Shown here: positions 1 through 9,901 of the stretch, one piece after another
Numbering within the stretch: the stretch's first letter is position 1
Layout: every line of letters starts with the position of its first letter
Origin: a virus
Length of the DNA: 64,000 nt
Reading direction: 5' to 3' (one strand)
IMG/VR virus record: IMGVR_UViG_3300023199_000051
Location: 114,165-178,164 of that record
Position numbers and translations under genes: made by a program
Notes under the pieces: model-generated
What the model saw: the letters and a program-made list of their open reading frames with translations, nothing else
Told to the model about the DNA's origin: nothing
Database searches by the model: none

Positions 1-2
1 AT

Positions 3-701
3 GATCAAGGCACCATCATCTCAGGCGGGCTGTTGCGGGCCTTCAAGTCGGGGTCCAAGGAGGTCTTCGAGATCACTGTAGAAGATTCTGATGGGCGGCA
101 ACGCAGCTTGAAAACTACTATGGGCCACCGTTTCCTTACACCGGATGGGGAGAAGCGCCTGCGGGAGCTGGAAGCTGGCCACGAGGTCTACATCGTCGGA
201 GCGAGGAAGAGGAAGCCGCGCGGTAAGCAGGCCGAAGGCACGCGCAAGAAGTACCTGGTGGTGTCAGCCGTTCACCACCACCCCCACGCTACTTCATGGA
301 TGCGACACCGGAAGAACCGCCCGAACCCCTACAAGGAGTCGCGCGTTCCTCTCCATCGCATCGTGTACGAAGCCCATCTCAGCGGAATCACTACGGAGCA
401 GTTCATTGCGCGAGTGAAGGCGAACGAGCTGGAAGGACTCACCTTCGTGGACCCTAGTGTCCATGATGTGCACTACATTGACGGTGATGCAGAAAACAAC
501 AGCATCAACAACTTGGAGCTGCTACCCGTTGGTGATCACCAGCAGCATCATGCCCAAGAAGGTGCCTGGCGCCGTGTGCTGCCCAAAGCCGTACCGGCCC
601 GTGTGCTTTCCATCGAGCCGAAGGGCATCCAGCCCACCTACGACTTGATGATGGCAGGACCGCACCACAACTACGCTGCTAACGACTTCATCGTGCACAA
701 C
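3..701 (+). mobile_element. Intein (5' partial) with HNH-type endonuclease, inserted in helicase Walker A
   Basis: Block B-like TTMGHRFLT; C-terminal TYDL...HNYAANDFIVHN/C junction (Cys +1 at 702); internal LHRIVYEAH...VHYIDGDAENNSINNLELL HNH motif. Confidence 0.8.
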
Positions 702-2696
702 TGCGGAGCAGGAAAGACGTTCCTGGGCATCCTGTTCAGCTTGTCCTACCCAGGCCGGACCATCATCGTCACAAGGGCATCAACGACGCACCAGTGGGCG
801 GGGCAGTTTCGCAAGTTCTGCCAGGACGGCGCGGTCAAGGTAGCCGTGCTCGACGGCACGAGAGGGTTCAGGGCCAAGCGAGCACCGAAGCAGACATACA
901 CATCGTGGGTCCGCATGCACTTCGAGGCGGAGTCTCCGGGCCGCATTGCGAGTCTCCGAGAGCAGCGGTCGGAGAGCGGACGGCGCAAGGCCATCACCAA
1001 GGCGTTTCGGCGCGTGCTTCGGGCCTTGTTCGAGGCCGGTCCAGAAGGATGCGCTGTGCGGGATCTACCGGGGTCAAGCGGTGCCGTGAGGAATGCCCTG
1101 TCCCGGTTTGAAGATGCGGGCCTGGTCGAGAGGCACGACAAGCCAGACAATTCCGCCTGGAAGCCGTGGGTGGTGCGCAGCACCTTCACGGACCGGATCA
1201 TTTCCTGGCACGATGGCTACGAGGGCCCCATGCTCAAGTCTGGCGAGGTGACATCGCTGTCCCTCATCGAGCAGGCGGAAGATGCGAAGCCCGCTAAGCG
1301 TGCCCACGCGCGAGCGCTGCTCCTCGCGCACAGCAACCTCGACCGCAAGCTCATCGCAGATCGGTGCGGCATGAGCCTTGACGGGGTGCTTGATGTTCTA
1401 GGCGAGCGAGCAGCAGAAGCGAACGCTGAGATGCGTGAAGGAGTGCTGGACATCGAGGATGATACTGACGCCGTCGTAGTCGGGTGGCCCGTGCTCACAG
1501 CCAGGCGACGCGCGCTCATCAACTGGGGGAAGCAGGATGAAGCGCCCCTCACAGTCATCCTCGACGAGAGCCACAACGCCAAGCAGTGGAGCCGCTGGCG
1601 TGCAGTCGACGAACCTGACGGGTCGGTGAGCTGGGAGCCGAAGAGCAACACATCGGCATCTGCCCTCCTGATCTGCGGAGAAGCTGAACGGGTGCTGTGC
1701 CTCACGGCAACACCGCAACCCGATCGGACCCGAGACCTCTGGGCACAGCTCGATCTCATCGATCCGTGGTCCTTCGGCAAGTTCCGGGTCTACGCGATGC
1801 GCTATTGCGGTGCGATGTACAACGAGTACGGCATCGACAGCCGCGGCAGTAGCAACCAGGAGGAGCTGCACAAGCGGCTCGGCTTCTACTTCCACATCGT
1901 CACCGAGGAGGAGGCCAAGCGCGAGCTGCCGCCCCTCACGCGCGACATGGTGTGGCTGCCACCGGCCGAGCTGGCTTCGGTCCGCGTCTCCAAGCAGCGA
2001 TGGATGGCTGCCAAGCGGAGAGGTGCCACCGCACTGCTGGAGCTGAAGCTGTGCGTCACAGCCGCTATGAAGCACCCGTGGCTGGTGAAGCGTGTCAAGG
2101 ACTGCATCCTCGATGAAGAGAAAGTCGTGCTGTTCAGCGGCCGGCGCAACGACGCTGAGAACCTGCTGGTAGCTGTGCAGGGCATGGTAGCGGCTGAGCG
2201 CAAGAAGAAGAGGCACGACAGCACTTACGACGACTTTGAGGTCTGGATGGCGCATGGTGGACAGTCGAACAAGGAGCGTGCCGAGATCCTGAAAGCCTAC
2301 ATCGCACACGACGGGCCGGGGCTCATCATTGGGACCATCGACGCTTGGGGGGAAGCCATCGACGGCCTGCAGAGCACGAACCGGGCACTGATCTCCATGC
2401 TGCCTTGGAACCACGGCAAGCTCATCCAGCTCGAAGGCCGCTTCGACCGCTTGGGGGGCAAGGTGGCCACTACGCTGGAGTACGTGATCGCCGAGATGAC
2501 GGTCGACGAAGACGTGCTCGACCACGTGGTAGTGAAGGCGGAAGATGCGGGGGAAGTGCTCGGTGATGGAGAGCTGATCGAGATGAGCGCAGTCCTCGAC
2601 GGCGTCCAAGACGAAGAAGAGATACTCAAAGGCTTCGCCGCCAAGCTGCTCGCCGCTGAGAAGAAGCGCAAAGAGAAGAGGGAGCAAGCAGCATGA
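3..2696 (+). CDS. SNF2-family SF2 helicase, intein-containing, 5' partial (frame open from window start)
   Basis: After the intein: CGAGKT (motif I), ILDESHNAK (II), LTATPQPDR (III), QLEGRFDRLG (VI). Confidence 0.85.
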   Translation, partial: DQGTIISGGLLRAFKSGSKEVFEITVEDSDGRQRSLKTTMGHRFLTPDGEKRLRELEAGHEVYIVGARKRKPRGKQAEGTRKKYLVVSAVHHHPHATSWMRHRKNRPNPYKESRVPLHRIVYEAHLSGITTEQFIARVKANELEGLTFVDPSVHDVHYIDGDAENNSINNLELLPVGDHQQHHAQEGAWRRVLPKAVPARVLSIEPKGIQPTYDLMMAGPHHNYAANDFIVHNCGAGKTFLGILFSLSYPGRTIIVTRASTTHQWAGQFRKFCQDGAVKVAVLDGTRGFRAKRAPKQTYTSWVRMHFEAESPGRIASLREQRSESGRRKAITKAFRRVLRALFEAGPEGCAVRDLPGSSGAVRNALSRFEDAGLVERHDKPDNSAWKPWVVRSTFTDRIISWHDGYEGPMLKSGEVTSLSLIEQAEDAKPAKRAHARALLLAHSNLDRKLIADRCGMSLDGVLDVLGERAAEANAEMREGVLDIEDDTDAVVVGWPVLTARRRALINWGKQDEAPLTVILDESHNAKQWSRWRAVDEPDGSVSWEPKSNTSASALLICGEAERVLCLTATPQPDRTRDLWAQLDLIDPWSFGKFRVYAMRYCGAMYNEYGIDSRGSSNQEELHKRLGFYFHIVTEEEAKRELPPLTRDMVWLPPAELASVRVSKQRWMAAKRRGATALLELKLCVTAAMKHPWLVKRVKDCILDEEKVVLFSGRRNDAENLLVAVQGMVAAERKKKRHDSTYDDFEVWMAHGGQSNKERAEILKAYIAHDGPGLIIGTIDAWGEAIDGLQSTNRALISMLPWNHGKLIQLEGRFDRLGGKVATTLEYVIAEMTVDEDVLDHVVVKAEDAGEVLGDGELIEMSAVLDGVQDEEEILKGFAAKLLAAEKKRKEKREQAA

Positions 2697-2792
2697 GACA
2701 TCTCCTCCACAAGCACGTCTGCCTGTACCGCATCGACATCGGCTTAGGGCTCGTCGCCTTCACCCTCTTCTACACTGCGGCTGAGGTGTACT

Positions 2793-3440
2793 GTGCCACG
2801 CCCTGACATCGACCTTGACGATCCGCACTATCCCGAGCCCCAGGTCATTCCGATGGGTGCTGGGCGCTGCCACGTCGACAATGGAGCTGTAACCATCTGG
2901 GTAGCTGGTGCGGACGAGGGCATCGAGGTGGTCGAGGGAGACCTCATCGAGGCCTGCATCACCGAGCTGGTGGACAGTGAAGAGGACGTGCGTCGTCGCT
3001 ACCGCGCCATGAAGCACGGCCCTCGCCCAGAAAAGCCGCGAGCTGAGTGGCTGGGCGGTTGGATGTCCTGTGCCTTCGACCCCCCGCTCGACAAGCCCCA
3101 CTTCATGGCGGCTCGCGCACGGTACTACCAGGTGCTCCAGACAGGCATGTGGTTGCGGCGTGTAGGATCTGGGTGTGCGCTGCGCCAGCTTGACATCCCC
3201 GAGCTGGAGAAGGGCACATGCTGGGGCCCCGTCCGAGCAACCGACTTCCGAGGGACGCCCTGCTCTTGGATGCTGGGATACGTCTGGCAGATCCGCAAAG
3301 GCGTCTACCTACTGGCCGAGCCATACGAGCAGCTGCCAAGCGGCTTTCGCCACCACAACCTCTCAACAGGACCCTGGCGCTTCACCTTCGAGGGTGAGCC
3401 GGCCGTGACCACCTTCGAGACCATTCGGGAGCAGACATGA
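2793..3440 (+). CDS. Hypothetical protein
   Basis: 215-aa ORF in operon, stop overlaps next start. Confidence 0.55.
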   Translation: MPRPDIDLDDPHYPEPQVIPMGAGRCHVDNGAVTIWVAGADEGIEVVEGDLIEACITELVDSEEDVRRRYRAMKHGPRPEKPRAEWLGGWMSCAFDPPLDKPHFMAARARYYQVLQTGMWLRRVGSGCALRQLDIPELEKGTCWGPVRATDFRGTPCSWMLGYVWQIRKGVYLLAEPYEQLPSGFRHHNLSTGPWRFTFEGEPAVTTFETIREQT

Positions 3441-3826
3441 GACGACGCCGACCCCCTGGCGCCACACCTATGCTCGGTGGGGGCCCCCCTCAGCGCTCCC
3501 TGCCACCTCCACTCTGCCCAGAGTGCGGGGCTGCCGCAAAGATAGCACCTGGCTCAGCCCGTGTAGGTACGCCGACCATCGCAGCGTGCTCCCAGTGTGG
3601 GATCACCTTCCAGGCCACGTTGACCTGGCAGCTGCCCGAGCGGGCAACAGCTGAGGCTGCACTCAAGCCTCAAGATAACGACTGCGACGACGGCACTCGG
3701 AAGGCGGTAGCAGCTATGATCAACGTGCTCGAAGGCCACGCACACTTCCACCCCCAGGATCGGATCAAGGGCTGCGTCGTGTGCCAAGCCATCATGAAGG
3801 GCGAAGCGGTTCTTCAGCAGCTGTAG
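3437..3826 (+). CDS. Hypothetical protein with CxxC pairs (putative Zn ribbon)
   Basis: CPEC...CSQC and CVVC; ATGA overlap. Confidence 0.55.
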   Translation: MRRRRPPGATPMLGGGPPQRSLPPPLCPECGAAAKIAPGSARVGTPTIAACSQCGITFQATLTWQLPERATAEAALKPQDNDCDDGTRKAVAAMINVLEGHAHFHPQDRIKGCVVCQAIMKGEAVLQQL

Positions 3827-3843
3827 CGATCAAGGAGAACACC

Positions 3844-4287
3844 ATGAAGATTGAAGAGGCACGTGCAGTGATGCAAGGAGCACTGCCAGGGTGGACCGTC
3901 GTCTGGGAAGGAGGACGCCTGTTGTACCGAGCTGCAGCTCCCAACTATGCAGAAACCGGGCTGGTGGTGGAGGGCTGCAACGTAGAGGACGTCGTCGCGC
4001 GCGTTCGGGCTGTAGAGGAGCGCCTCAGCGGAGAAGCAAGTGCTCCCATCGAGAAGGGCATTCCAACCAATGGGGGCGGCAAGCCGATCATGGGAACGCT
4101 GCCCGCCGACCCGGACGACACGGCCGAGCAGGTCCGGCGCACGGTCAGCCGCTCCCTGACGAGGAGCGATGCTGTGTCACAAGGCTTCACCGGAGAGACG
4201 TGCGTGAGGTGCGGCTCTATGGAGATGCAGAAGACCGGCACATGCTCTACATGCGTGGCCTGCGGTACTACATCAGGGTGCAGCTAG
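3844..4287 (+). CDS. Small protein ending in an NrdJ-like C-terminal Zn-ribbon motif
   Basis: AAGGAG RBS, ATG 3844; C-terminus GFTGETCVRCGSMEMQKTGTCSTCVACGTTSGCS resembles class II RNR termini. Confidence 0.65.
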   Translation: MKIEEARAVMQGALPGWTVVWEGGRLLYRAAAPNYAETGLVVEGCNVEDVVARVRAVEERLSGEASAPIEKGIPTNGGGKPIMGTLPADPDDTAEQVRRTVSRSLTRSDAVSQGFTGETCVRCGSMEMQKTGTCSTCVACGTTSGCS

Positions 4288-4391
4288 CAGCGAAGCCATG
4301 CACGATTGTATCCATTCAACCTTGTCTATCAGTGGGTGTGCGCAGTACGCACGGCGACAGTTTAAGTTGACGGTGTAGCCTGGAGGCATCT

Positions 4392-5459
4392 TTGCGACTC
4401 ATCTTCTTCTCTGTGGTTCTGCTCGTCGGCAGTGCATGCCGCGTCGACGACGGCGACTTCGACACCGGCACCCTCGACACGGCGTCCTTCGGGATTCCCG
4501 ACGACACCGGCACCGACACCGGCACCGACGACACTGGCACCGACGTCCCGCTCGACACCATCGACGCCGACGGGGACGGCTACAGCCCAGCCGAAGGCGA
4601 CTGCGATGACAGCAAGTCCGCGCTGAACCCGGCCGCGACGGACCAGGTGGGGGACGGCATCGACCAGAACTGCGACGGCGCGGACGGCTTCGACGGTGAC
4701 GGTGACGGCTCTGCTTCTCCCGCTTCGGGTGGTGACGACTGCGACGACGCCGAGCCCGCAAGCTACCCCAGCAACACCGAGGCGTGCTTCGACGGCATCG
4801 ACAACGACTGCGACTTGAGCACCAAGGACGACGACTGCGACCAGGACGGAGCCGGCGCGGACGTCGACTGCGACGACAACGACCCGACCGTGCCAACCAC
4901 CGAGATCCCGTACAACGGCATCGACGAGAACTGCTCGGGTTCGGACCTCACCGATGTGGACGGTGACGGCTTCGACGGTGACACCGGACCCGACTGCGAC
5001 GACGACAACGAGGACGTCTACCCCGGAGCCTGGGACGGCTGCAACGGCGTCGACGACGACTGCGACGGCGTGGTCGACGGCGGCACGAACCCCGACCCCG
5101 TGAGTCAGGCACCGGGCGTCAGCAGCATGACGGCCGTCGACGACCCCGTGAACGACGTGTGGGTGGTCACAATCGAGAGCTACGACGTGAACTTCGACCA
5201 GTCGTCCGTCGAGCTGTGGTGGTACACGGGGTGGCAGAGTGCTGGTGGTACCGACGTCCCTATCACTGCCAATGCCACCTACGCGCTGCCCGCCGACACC
5301 GTGAGCATGGACGTGTGCGCCATCGTCATCGAGATCCCGTACGACTGCGCGGAGGATGTGGCTGGCACAGTGATCACGCTGCATGATCTGCGAGATGCGG
5401 ATGGGAACGTGTATAGCGGGCCGAAGTGGGCAAACGTCACGCGGCCGGAGGGGTGCTGA
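4392..5459 (+). CDS. Lipoprotein with MopE-like putative metal-binding (DCDD...DGxDxxCDG) repeats
   Basis: GGAGG RBS + TTG; signal MRLIFFSVVLLVGSAC; about 5 Asp/Cys-rich repeats of the type abundant in myxobacterial surface proteins. Confidence 0.8.
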   Translation: MRLIFFSVVLLVGSACRVDDGDFDTGTLDTASFGIPDDTGTDTGTDDTGTDVPLDTIDADGDGYSPAEGDCDDSKSALNPAATDQVGDGIDQNCDGADGFDGDGDGSASPASGGDDCDDAEPASYPSNTEACFDGIDNDCDLSTKDDDCDQDGAGADVDCDDNDPTVPTTEIPYNGIDENCSGSDLTDVDGDGFDGDTGPDCDDDNEDVYPGAWDGCNGVDDDCDGVVDGGTNPDPVSQAPGVSSMTAVDDPVNDVWVVTIESYDVNFDQSSVELWWYTGWQSAGGTDVPITANATYALPADTVSMDVCAIVIEIPYDCAEDVAGTVITLHDLRDADGNVYSGPKWANVTRPEGC

Positions 5460-5460
5460 C

Positions 5461-5805
5461 GTGCCCACGACGCGTGTCTGCCTCAAGACCCAGACCTTCG
5501 AGGTGTACATCGGGCGGAAGGAGTGGTGCCCTAGCGACTGGGACGGCCCTGGTGCTGACGGCACCTTCGGCAATCCGGTGGGCACGGTAGACCGCTTCGA
5601 GGACTACTTCCACGGCCGGCTCCAGCGGGATCCGGCCTTCCGGGCTGAAGTCGAGGGGCTGCGAGGGAAGCACCTGGGGTGCTTCTGTCGGGCAGGCAAG
5701 CGCTGCCACGGTGACGTGATCATCGAGCACCTGGATGGAGCTGAAAGCGCGAGCGACGAGGACGTGATTGCTGCCATGGCACGTCGCCTACGAGAGCAGG
5801 CGTGA
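5461..5805 (+). CDS. DUF4326-domain protein
   Basis: VYIGR...FGNP...LRGKHLGCFC....CHGDVI motif pattern. Confidence 0.75.
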   Translation: MPTTRVCLKTQTFEVYIGRKEWCPSDWDGPGADGTFGNPVGTVDRFEDYFHGRLQRDPAFRAEVEGLRGKHLGCFCRAGKRCHGDVIIEHLDGAESASDEDVIAAMARRLREQA

Positions 5806-5895
5806 AGGTCTGTTGCACGGTGTGCACACCTGCGCTACGCTGAACAGGTACAGGCCTTCTACACCCGAAGAAGAACTACTGCAGGAGCTACCCAC

Positions 5896-7398
5896 ATGAC
5901 TGCTACTGGTAAGTCCACGCCCCTCTCACCGGGCCCCGATCTCGGCAACCCGTGGTGGGCCCCCCAAGCCAGCTTGCCGCGGCCGTACACGGCTGTGCTG
6001 CTTCGCTGCAAGATACCAATCGGAGTGGAAGGGGCTCCTCAGGCAGAGTCTCGCCCTCAGGATGAAACAAGGCCCGTCACCGTGTGTTCGGTGGCCTACT
6101 TCGATGGCTCATGGAAGTCGCTGGCCTCATTCAAGGCTGTCACAGGCACCCCTGTTGCGTGGAAGCGGCTTCCATCTCCCGGCATGATCGTCTCCGGCTC
6201 GTACGGAGTGGGGTGGGAACCCCTCCAGTGGAAGCCGACTATGGGTGAGTGGGGCACATTCAGGAACCAGAGGTTCAGGGCCCAGAACCCCGACATCCAA
6301 GGCGTGCCGGGAGGCTGCCCCTTGGACTGGATGCCCTACTCCGGGACACCTCGGTCAGAGGACGCGGATCCTCAATGGTACACGGACTTCAGCGCTATCC
6401 CTACCTCTCAGTCTGAGGACCACTACGTTGAAGTGCTCTACAAGGACAAGGTCAACAGGGGCTTCGGGCGCTTCACCTGTTCTGAGGTCTGGGGCCGGAG
6501 CAAGAAGGCCCAAAAGACTGGAAGAGGCATCTGGCACACCACTACTGTCGAGAGCGGCAGCTTCGTTCTTCTCGCCTGGAGGTTCGCCACGGCACGCAGT
6601 GCAGCCAAGGAAGTCGAGACCGTACCGACTTCAGAGCGCCGCAAGCCAGCTGGGATGCAGCCGAGCCCTCAAGAGGCGGAGGAGCCACGCGTGCTTACTG
6701 CGCCTCGACCGCCGGCCACCAGCTCTACCGCGAACGGCGCAGATCCGGGCATCCGGGAGCTGTACACGGCAACCTACCGCGCTTCGGTGCTGGAGCTGAT
6801 CAACAACATGACGACGCAGAACGCAGCGCGGACATCGGCGCAGATCGCACGGTTGTCGATGGCGAACCGCAAGCTGCTGGCGCTGTTCGGGGAGCACACG
6901 TTCCCCGAAGAAGAGCTGATGTCCCCTAGAGAGCGGCGGCGACGGAAGCGCATGCAGACGTTCGGGAAGAAGTCGCGCGAGACCATGGGCGTCAAGGCGC
7001 TGCAGGAGATCATCGGCGCCGTTGCGCAGACCAGAAAGCCGGCAGAGCTTCAGACGCTGGTGCGCACGCTCAAGGACATGGATGACGCTGATGACGCCAG
7101 TGGCACCATGGCCGAAGCACGGAAGAAGATCGAAGGCCAGGTCAGCAAGCTCTCCGATGAGATCACGCGGGGCTCCTCCGAGACAGACGTGCGCAAGGTG
7201 GCCGACAGCGCCGCACGGGCGATGAGCAGAGGGCTCAGTCCAGACGAGCAGGAGCTGGGGGTCGGTATGTACATGTCTGGTAGTCAGGAAGGCGCCCTCG
7301 GAGCGGATACCTTCGGCAACGACCCCGAAGCGGATACCTTCGGCAACGACCTCATCACCGCCGACCCCCTCGATGACGATCCTCTCTTGTCTTTCTAG
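5896..7398 (+). CDS. Hypothetical protein (500 aa)
   Basis: Long ORF with RBS; short internal duplication ADTFGND x2 near the C-terminus. Confidence 0.6.
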   Translation: MTATGKSTPLSPGPDLGNPWWAPQASLPRPYTAVLLRCKIPIGVEGAPQAESRPQDETRPVTVCSVAYFDGSWKSLASFKAVTGTPVAWKRLPSPGMIVSGSYGVGWEPLQWKPTMGEWGTFRNQRFRAQNPDIQGVPGGCPLDWMPYSGTPRSEDADPQWYTDFSAIPTSQSEDHYVEVLYKDKVNRGFGRFTCSEVWGRSKKAQKTGRGIWHTTTVESGSFVLLAWRFATARSAAKEVETVPTSERRKPAGMQPSPQEAEEPRVLTAPRPPATSSTANGADPGIRELYTATYRASVLELINNMTTQNAARTSAQIARLSMANRKLLALFGEHTFPEEELMSPRERRRRKRMQTFGKKSRETMGVKALQEIIGAVAQTRKPAELQTLVRTLKDMDDADDASGTMAEARKKIEGQVSKLSDEITRGSSETDVRKVADSAARAMSRGLSPDEQELGVGMYMSGSQEGALGADTFGNDPEADTFGNDLITADPLDDDPLLSF

Positions 7399-7407
7399 GA
7401 GACCCCT

Positions 7408-8442
7408 ATGGCAATCGACAACTGGCACATCCCTTCATGGACAGGCGACTTCGAGCTGCAGCGCGTCGAGGGGGAGGACAGCAAGTGCAAGCTCGTGGTG
7501 GAGGATCCGACACCCGCCGAACAGGCCAAGCTCGGGAAGTTCCTACGCCGCTGCAGGCAATACAAGTGGATCGACGACCTGGCCGGCATCGCCAACGAGG
7601 GACGAACCGAGCTGAAGATCGGCAGCGGCATCGCCAAGTGCGGCAAGTACCTGGTCGATGAGACGATGCCGGATCGGGGACGCCTCACGGCCATCCGCAG
7701 CAAGAGCGGCACGCTGGTGCTCGTGACGACCAGCGATGACCCCAACGAGGCCGAGAAGGTCGAGGAGGCAGCCAGTAAGCCAGAAGCCGAGACGGCCGTG
7801 ACGGCGAAGCGTCCGACGAAGTGCTGCCCGCATCCCATCGAAGGCCCTCTGGTGCGGTCATCGAAGGTGCTACGCAAGTTCTGCACACCGCGGCAGTGGT
7901 CAGACTGGTGCGAGAAGGGATGGCTCATCGCCTACGGGCACCTCTCGGGCCACGCCTACCGCATCGTGCACCGCCACCACCCAGCCGCTGCTGTCCAAGG
8001 GAAGATCTGCTGGGACCTCGACGACAGCCAAGTGCTGCACGCTCACGACAACAGCGTGCCTCCGGCTGAGGAGGTGCTGACCTTCAAGCTCATCCTGGAG
8101 AACATCGAGCCGTGGCTTCGGTGCCGTGCGACCGGGTTCGGGCCGAAGCGCTGGAAGCCCGCAAGCATCGGCTTCGTTGATCCTTCGGACACTGGGTTCC
8201 TCGAAGGTACCTGGGATGCAGGCATGATTGCAGGCCTCAGCGATGCTCTACAAGGCTTCCAGGCCGGCACACAGGTGAGGGAGGTACTGCAGGGACGACG
8301 TAGCTTCGGGGATATCGACCCCGACGCCCTGGAGACGGCCGCACGTGACCTCGGCGGTCTGGTCGATCTGGTGCTTGGTGACCGAAGGCCAAGATGGAAG
8401 AGGGGCCCTGTGTACGCTCAAGGCGTGTACGAGTCGGAGTGA
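7408..8442 (+). CDS. Hypothetical protein (344 aa)
   Basis: AGGAG RBS, phage-like codon usage. Confidence 0.65.
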   Translation: MAIDNWHIPSWTGDFELQRVEGEDSKCKLVVEDPTPAEQAKLGKFLRRCRQYKWIDDLAGIANEGRTELKIGSGIAKCGKYLVDETMPDRGRLTAIRSKSGTLVLVTTSDDPNEAEKVEEAASKPEAETAVTAKRPTKCCPHPIEGPLVRSSKVLRKFCTPRQWSDWCEKGWLIAYGHLSGHAYRIVHRHHPAAAVQGKICWDLDDSQVLHAHDNSVPPAEEVLTFKLILENIEPWLRCRATGFGPKRWKPASIGFVDPSDTGFLEGTWDAGMIAGLSDALQGFQAGTQVREVLQGRRSFGDIDPDALETAARDLGGLVDLVLGDRRPRWKRGPVYAQGVYESE

Positions 8443-8798
8443 TATTCTACGTTTTCTATGCGCTCATCGCCTCGTTCCTGGCAGCCGCTATGGGCACAGT
8501 GGTCTCCTTCCAGGTAACCAAGCACCGCCAGAACCTACTCCAGCAGCAGCCAGCTGCTGGGGATCTGTGGAGGCTACGTGGCTGGGGTGTCGTGCAGATC
8601 ATCGACGTGTACGACCATCCAACCGAGGGGGCCGAGGTGCAGCATGTCGCCTTCCAGGTTGAAGGGTCGCCCCGGTGGCACTGGATAGGACATGCTGCCT
8701 TTCAGGTGCATGCCGATCCTACCCCTTACATCGAGACCCGTCACACACACCCATTCCGCCGTCGCATAGAGCGGCAGCGGAGGAGGCATGGACGATGA
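8439..8798 (+). CDS. Hypothetical protein with N-terminal transmembrane helix
   Basis: GTGA overlap; VIFYVFYALIASFLAAAMGTVVSF hydrophobic stretch. Confidence 0.5.
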   Translation: MIFYVFYALIASFLAAAMGTVVSFQVTKHRQNLLQQQPAAGDLWRLRGWGVVQIIDVYDHPTEGAEVQHVAFQVEGSPRWHWIGHAAFQVHADPTPYIETRHTHPFRRRIERQRRRHGR

Positions 8799-9100
8799 GC
8801 AGTCCAGAGAGATTTGCCACGCATCGGCCACCTCGACAGCTGTACAGCGAGGTGAGTGCGCCTCATGATGAGTACGGACTTGGAGAGGGGTCAAGCGGCG
8901 TGATCCGCTGCTCGACTGTCATGGGGCACACCGTCGCCGTGATCTCGTTCCCGCAAGGCAGCGGGAACACCTTGACACCCTTCTGCGTCGTCGTCCCTGG
9001 AGAGCGGGCCCTGCATCCGTTCTTCGTGACCACCTACCACGGCCAGGTGACTGGCATCGACGGCGACTTGAGCAAACTCATGAACCTGCTGGAGAGCTAA
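8795..9100 (+). CDS. Hypothetical protein
   Basis: GGAGG RBS, ATGA overlap. Confidence 0.5.
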   Translation: MSSPERFATHRPPRQLYSEVSAPHDEYGLGEGSSGVIRCSTVMGHTVAVISFPQGSGNTLTPFCVVVPGERALHPFFVTTYHGQVTGIDGDLSKLMNLLES

Positions 9101-9888
9101 TGGGGCGGAAGAGCGCAGCGAAGAAGAGGGCAAAGAAGCTACGGCGCAAGAAAAGGCGCAAGAAGCAGGCAAGGAGGAACGAGCCCTTCATCACGATTCG
9201 AGATCACGATGAGCTGGAAGGCTACGTCTACGTCCACATCGGCATCCCCACCGAAGGCATGCCAGAGGCGGAGTACGAAGAACAGGGAGCACTTGACCGG
9301 CTGCGGCGGTTCATCATCATGTACCAGCGGGGCGTTGCCGGGGTTGGACCGACAGCGGACAAAGGGTGGCTGTTTGCGCCCGCTCATGGCGATTCAGAAG
9401 GGGCGTACTGGAAGCAGTGGCAGGCATCGACCCTGGCACACTTCACCATCCACCTTCCTCGCGCAGAAGGGGTCGAGAATGGCAAGCACACAGGGGATGC
9501 TTCAGCTAGTGCGCTGCACGACTTACTCAGGACCTACTGGTACGTCGTCGACACCACAACTCCTGACCGCGTAGTCGAGGAGCTGAGCGAGGACGCTGGG
9601 AAGATGGTCAACCACTTCGCCTACGCCAATGGCTGGCGCTTTCAGTACAGTGCCGACGATCTACTCGAAGGGGGAGGGCAGCTTTGTCAGTTCTCTGCGC
9701 AACTCGTACCCGTCGGCCGCGGATCTGACGAGGAAGACTGGCAGTTCCTCGGAGCTGTGATGGCGACACTTGGAGTGCCGGGGCCAGACGGCCCAGCACC
9801 AGGCGTCGAAGAGGTGAAGGCGCCCGATCTCGCCAACGATCCTCCTGGGGACCGGCATCGCTGGATCTGGCGTGTAGTGGCAAGCTGA
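9100..9888 (+). CDS. Hypothetical protein with basic N-terminus
   Basis: Coupled to upstream stop; K/R-rich N-terminus. Confidence 0.55.
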   Translation: MGRKSAAKKRAKKLRRKKRRKKQARRNEPFITIRDHDELEGYVYVHIGIPTEGMPEAEYEEQGALDRLRRFIIMYQRGVAGVGPTADKGWLFAPAHGDSEGAYWKQWQASTLAHFTIHLPRAEGVENGKHTGDASASALHDLLRTYWYVVDTTTPDRVVEELSEDAGKMVNHFAYANGWRFQYSADDLLEGGGQLCQFSAQLVPVGRGSDEEDWQFLGAVMATLGVPGPDGPAPGVEEVKAPDLANDPPGDRHRWIWRVVAS

Positions 9889-9901
9889 TGGAAAGTAGGA
9901 C

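Noticed and set aside
5821-5841. Additional copy of the operator motif
   Set aside because: Only partial match (TGTGCACACCTGCGCTACGCT); dyad ACA absent.
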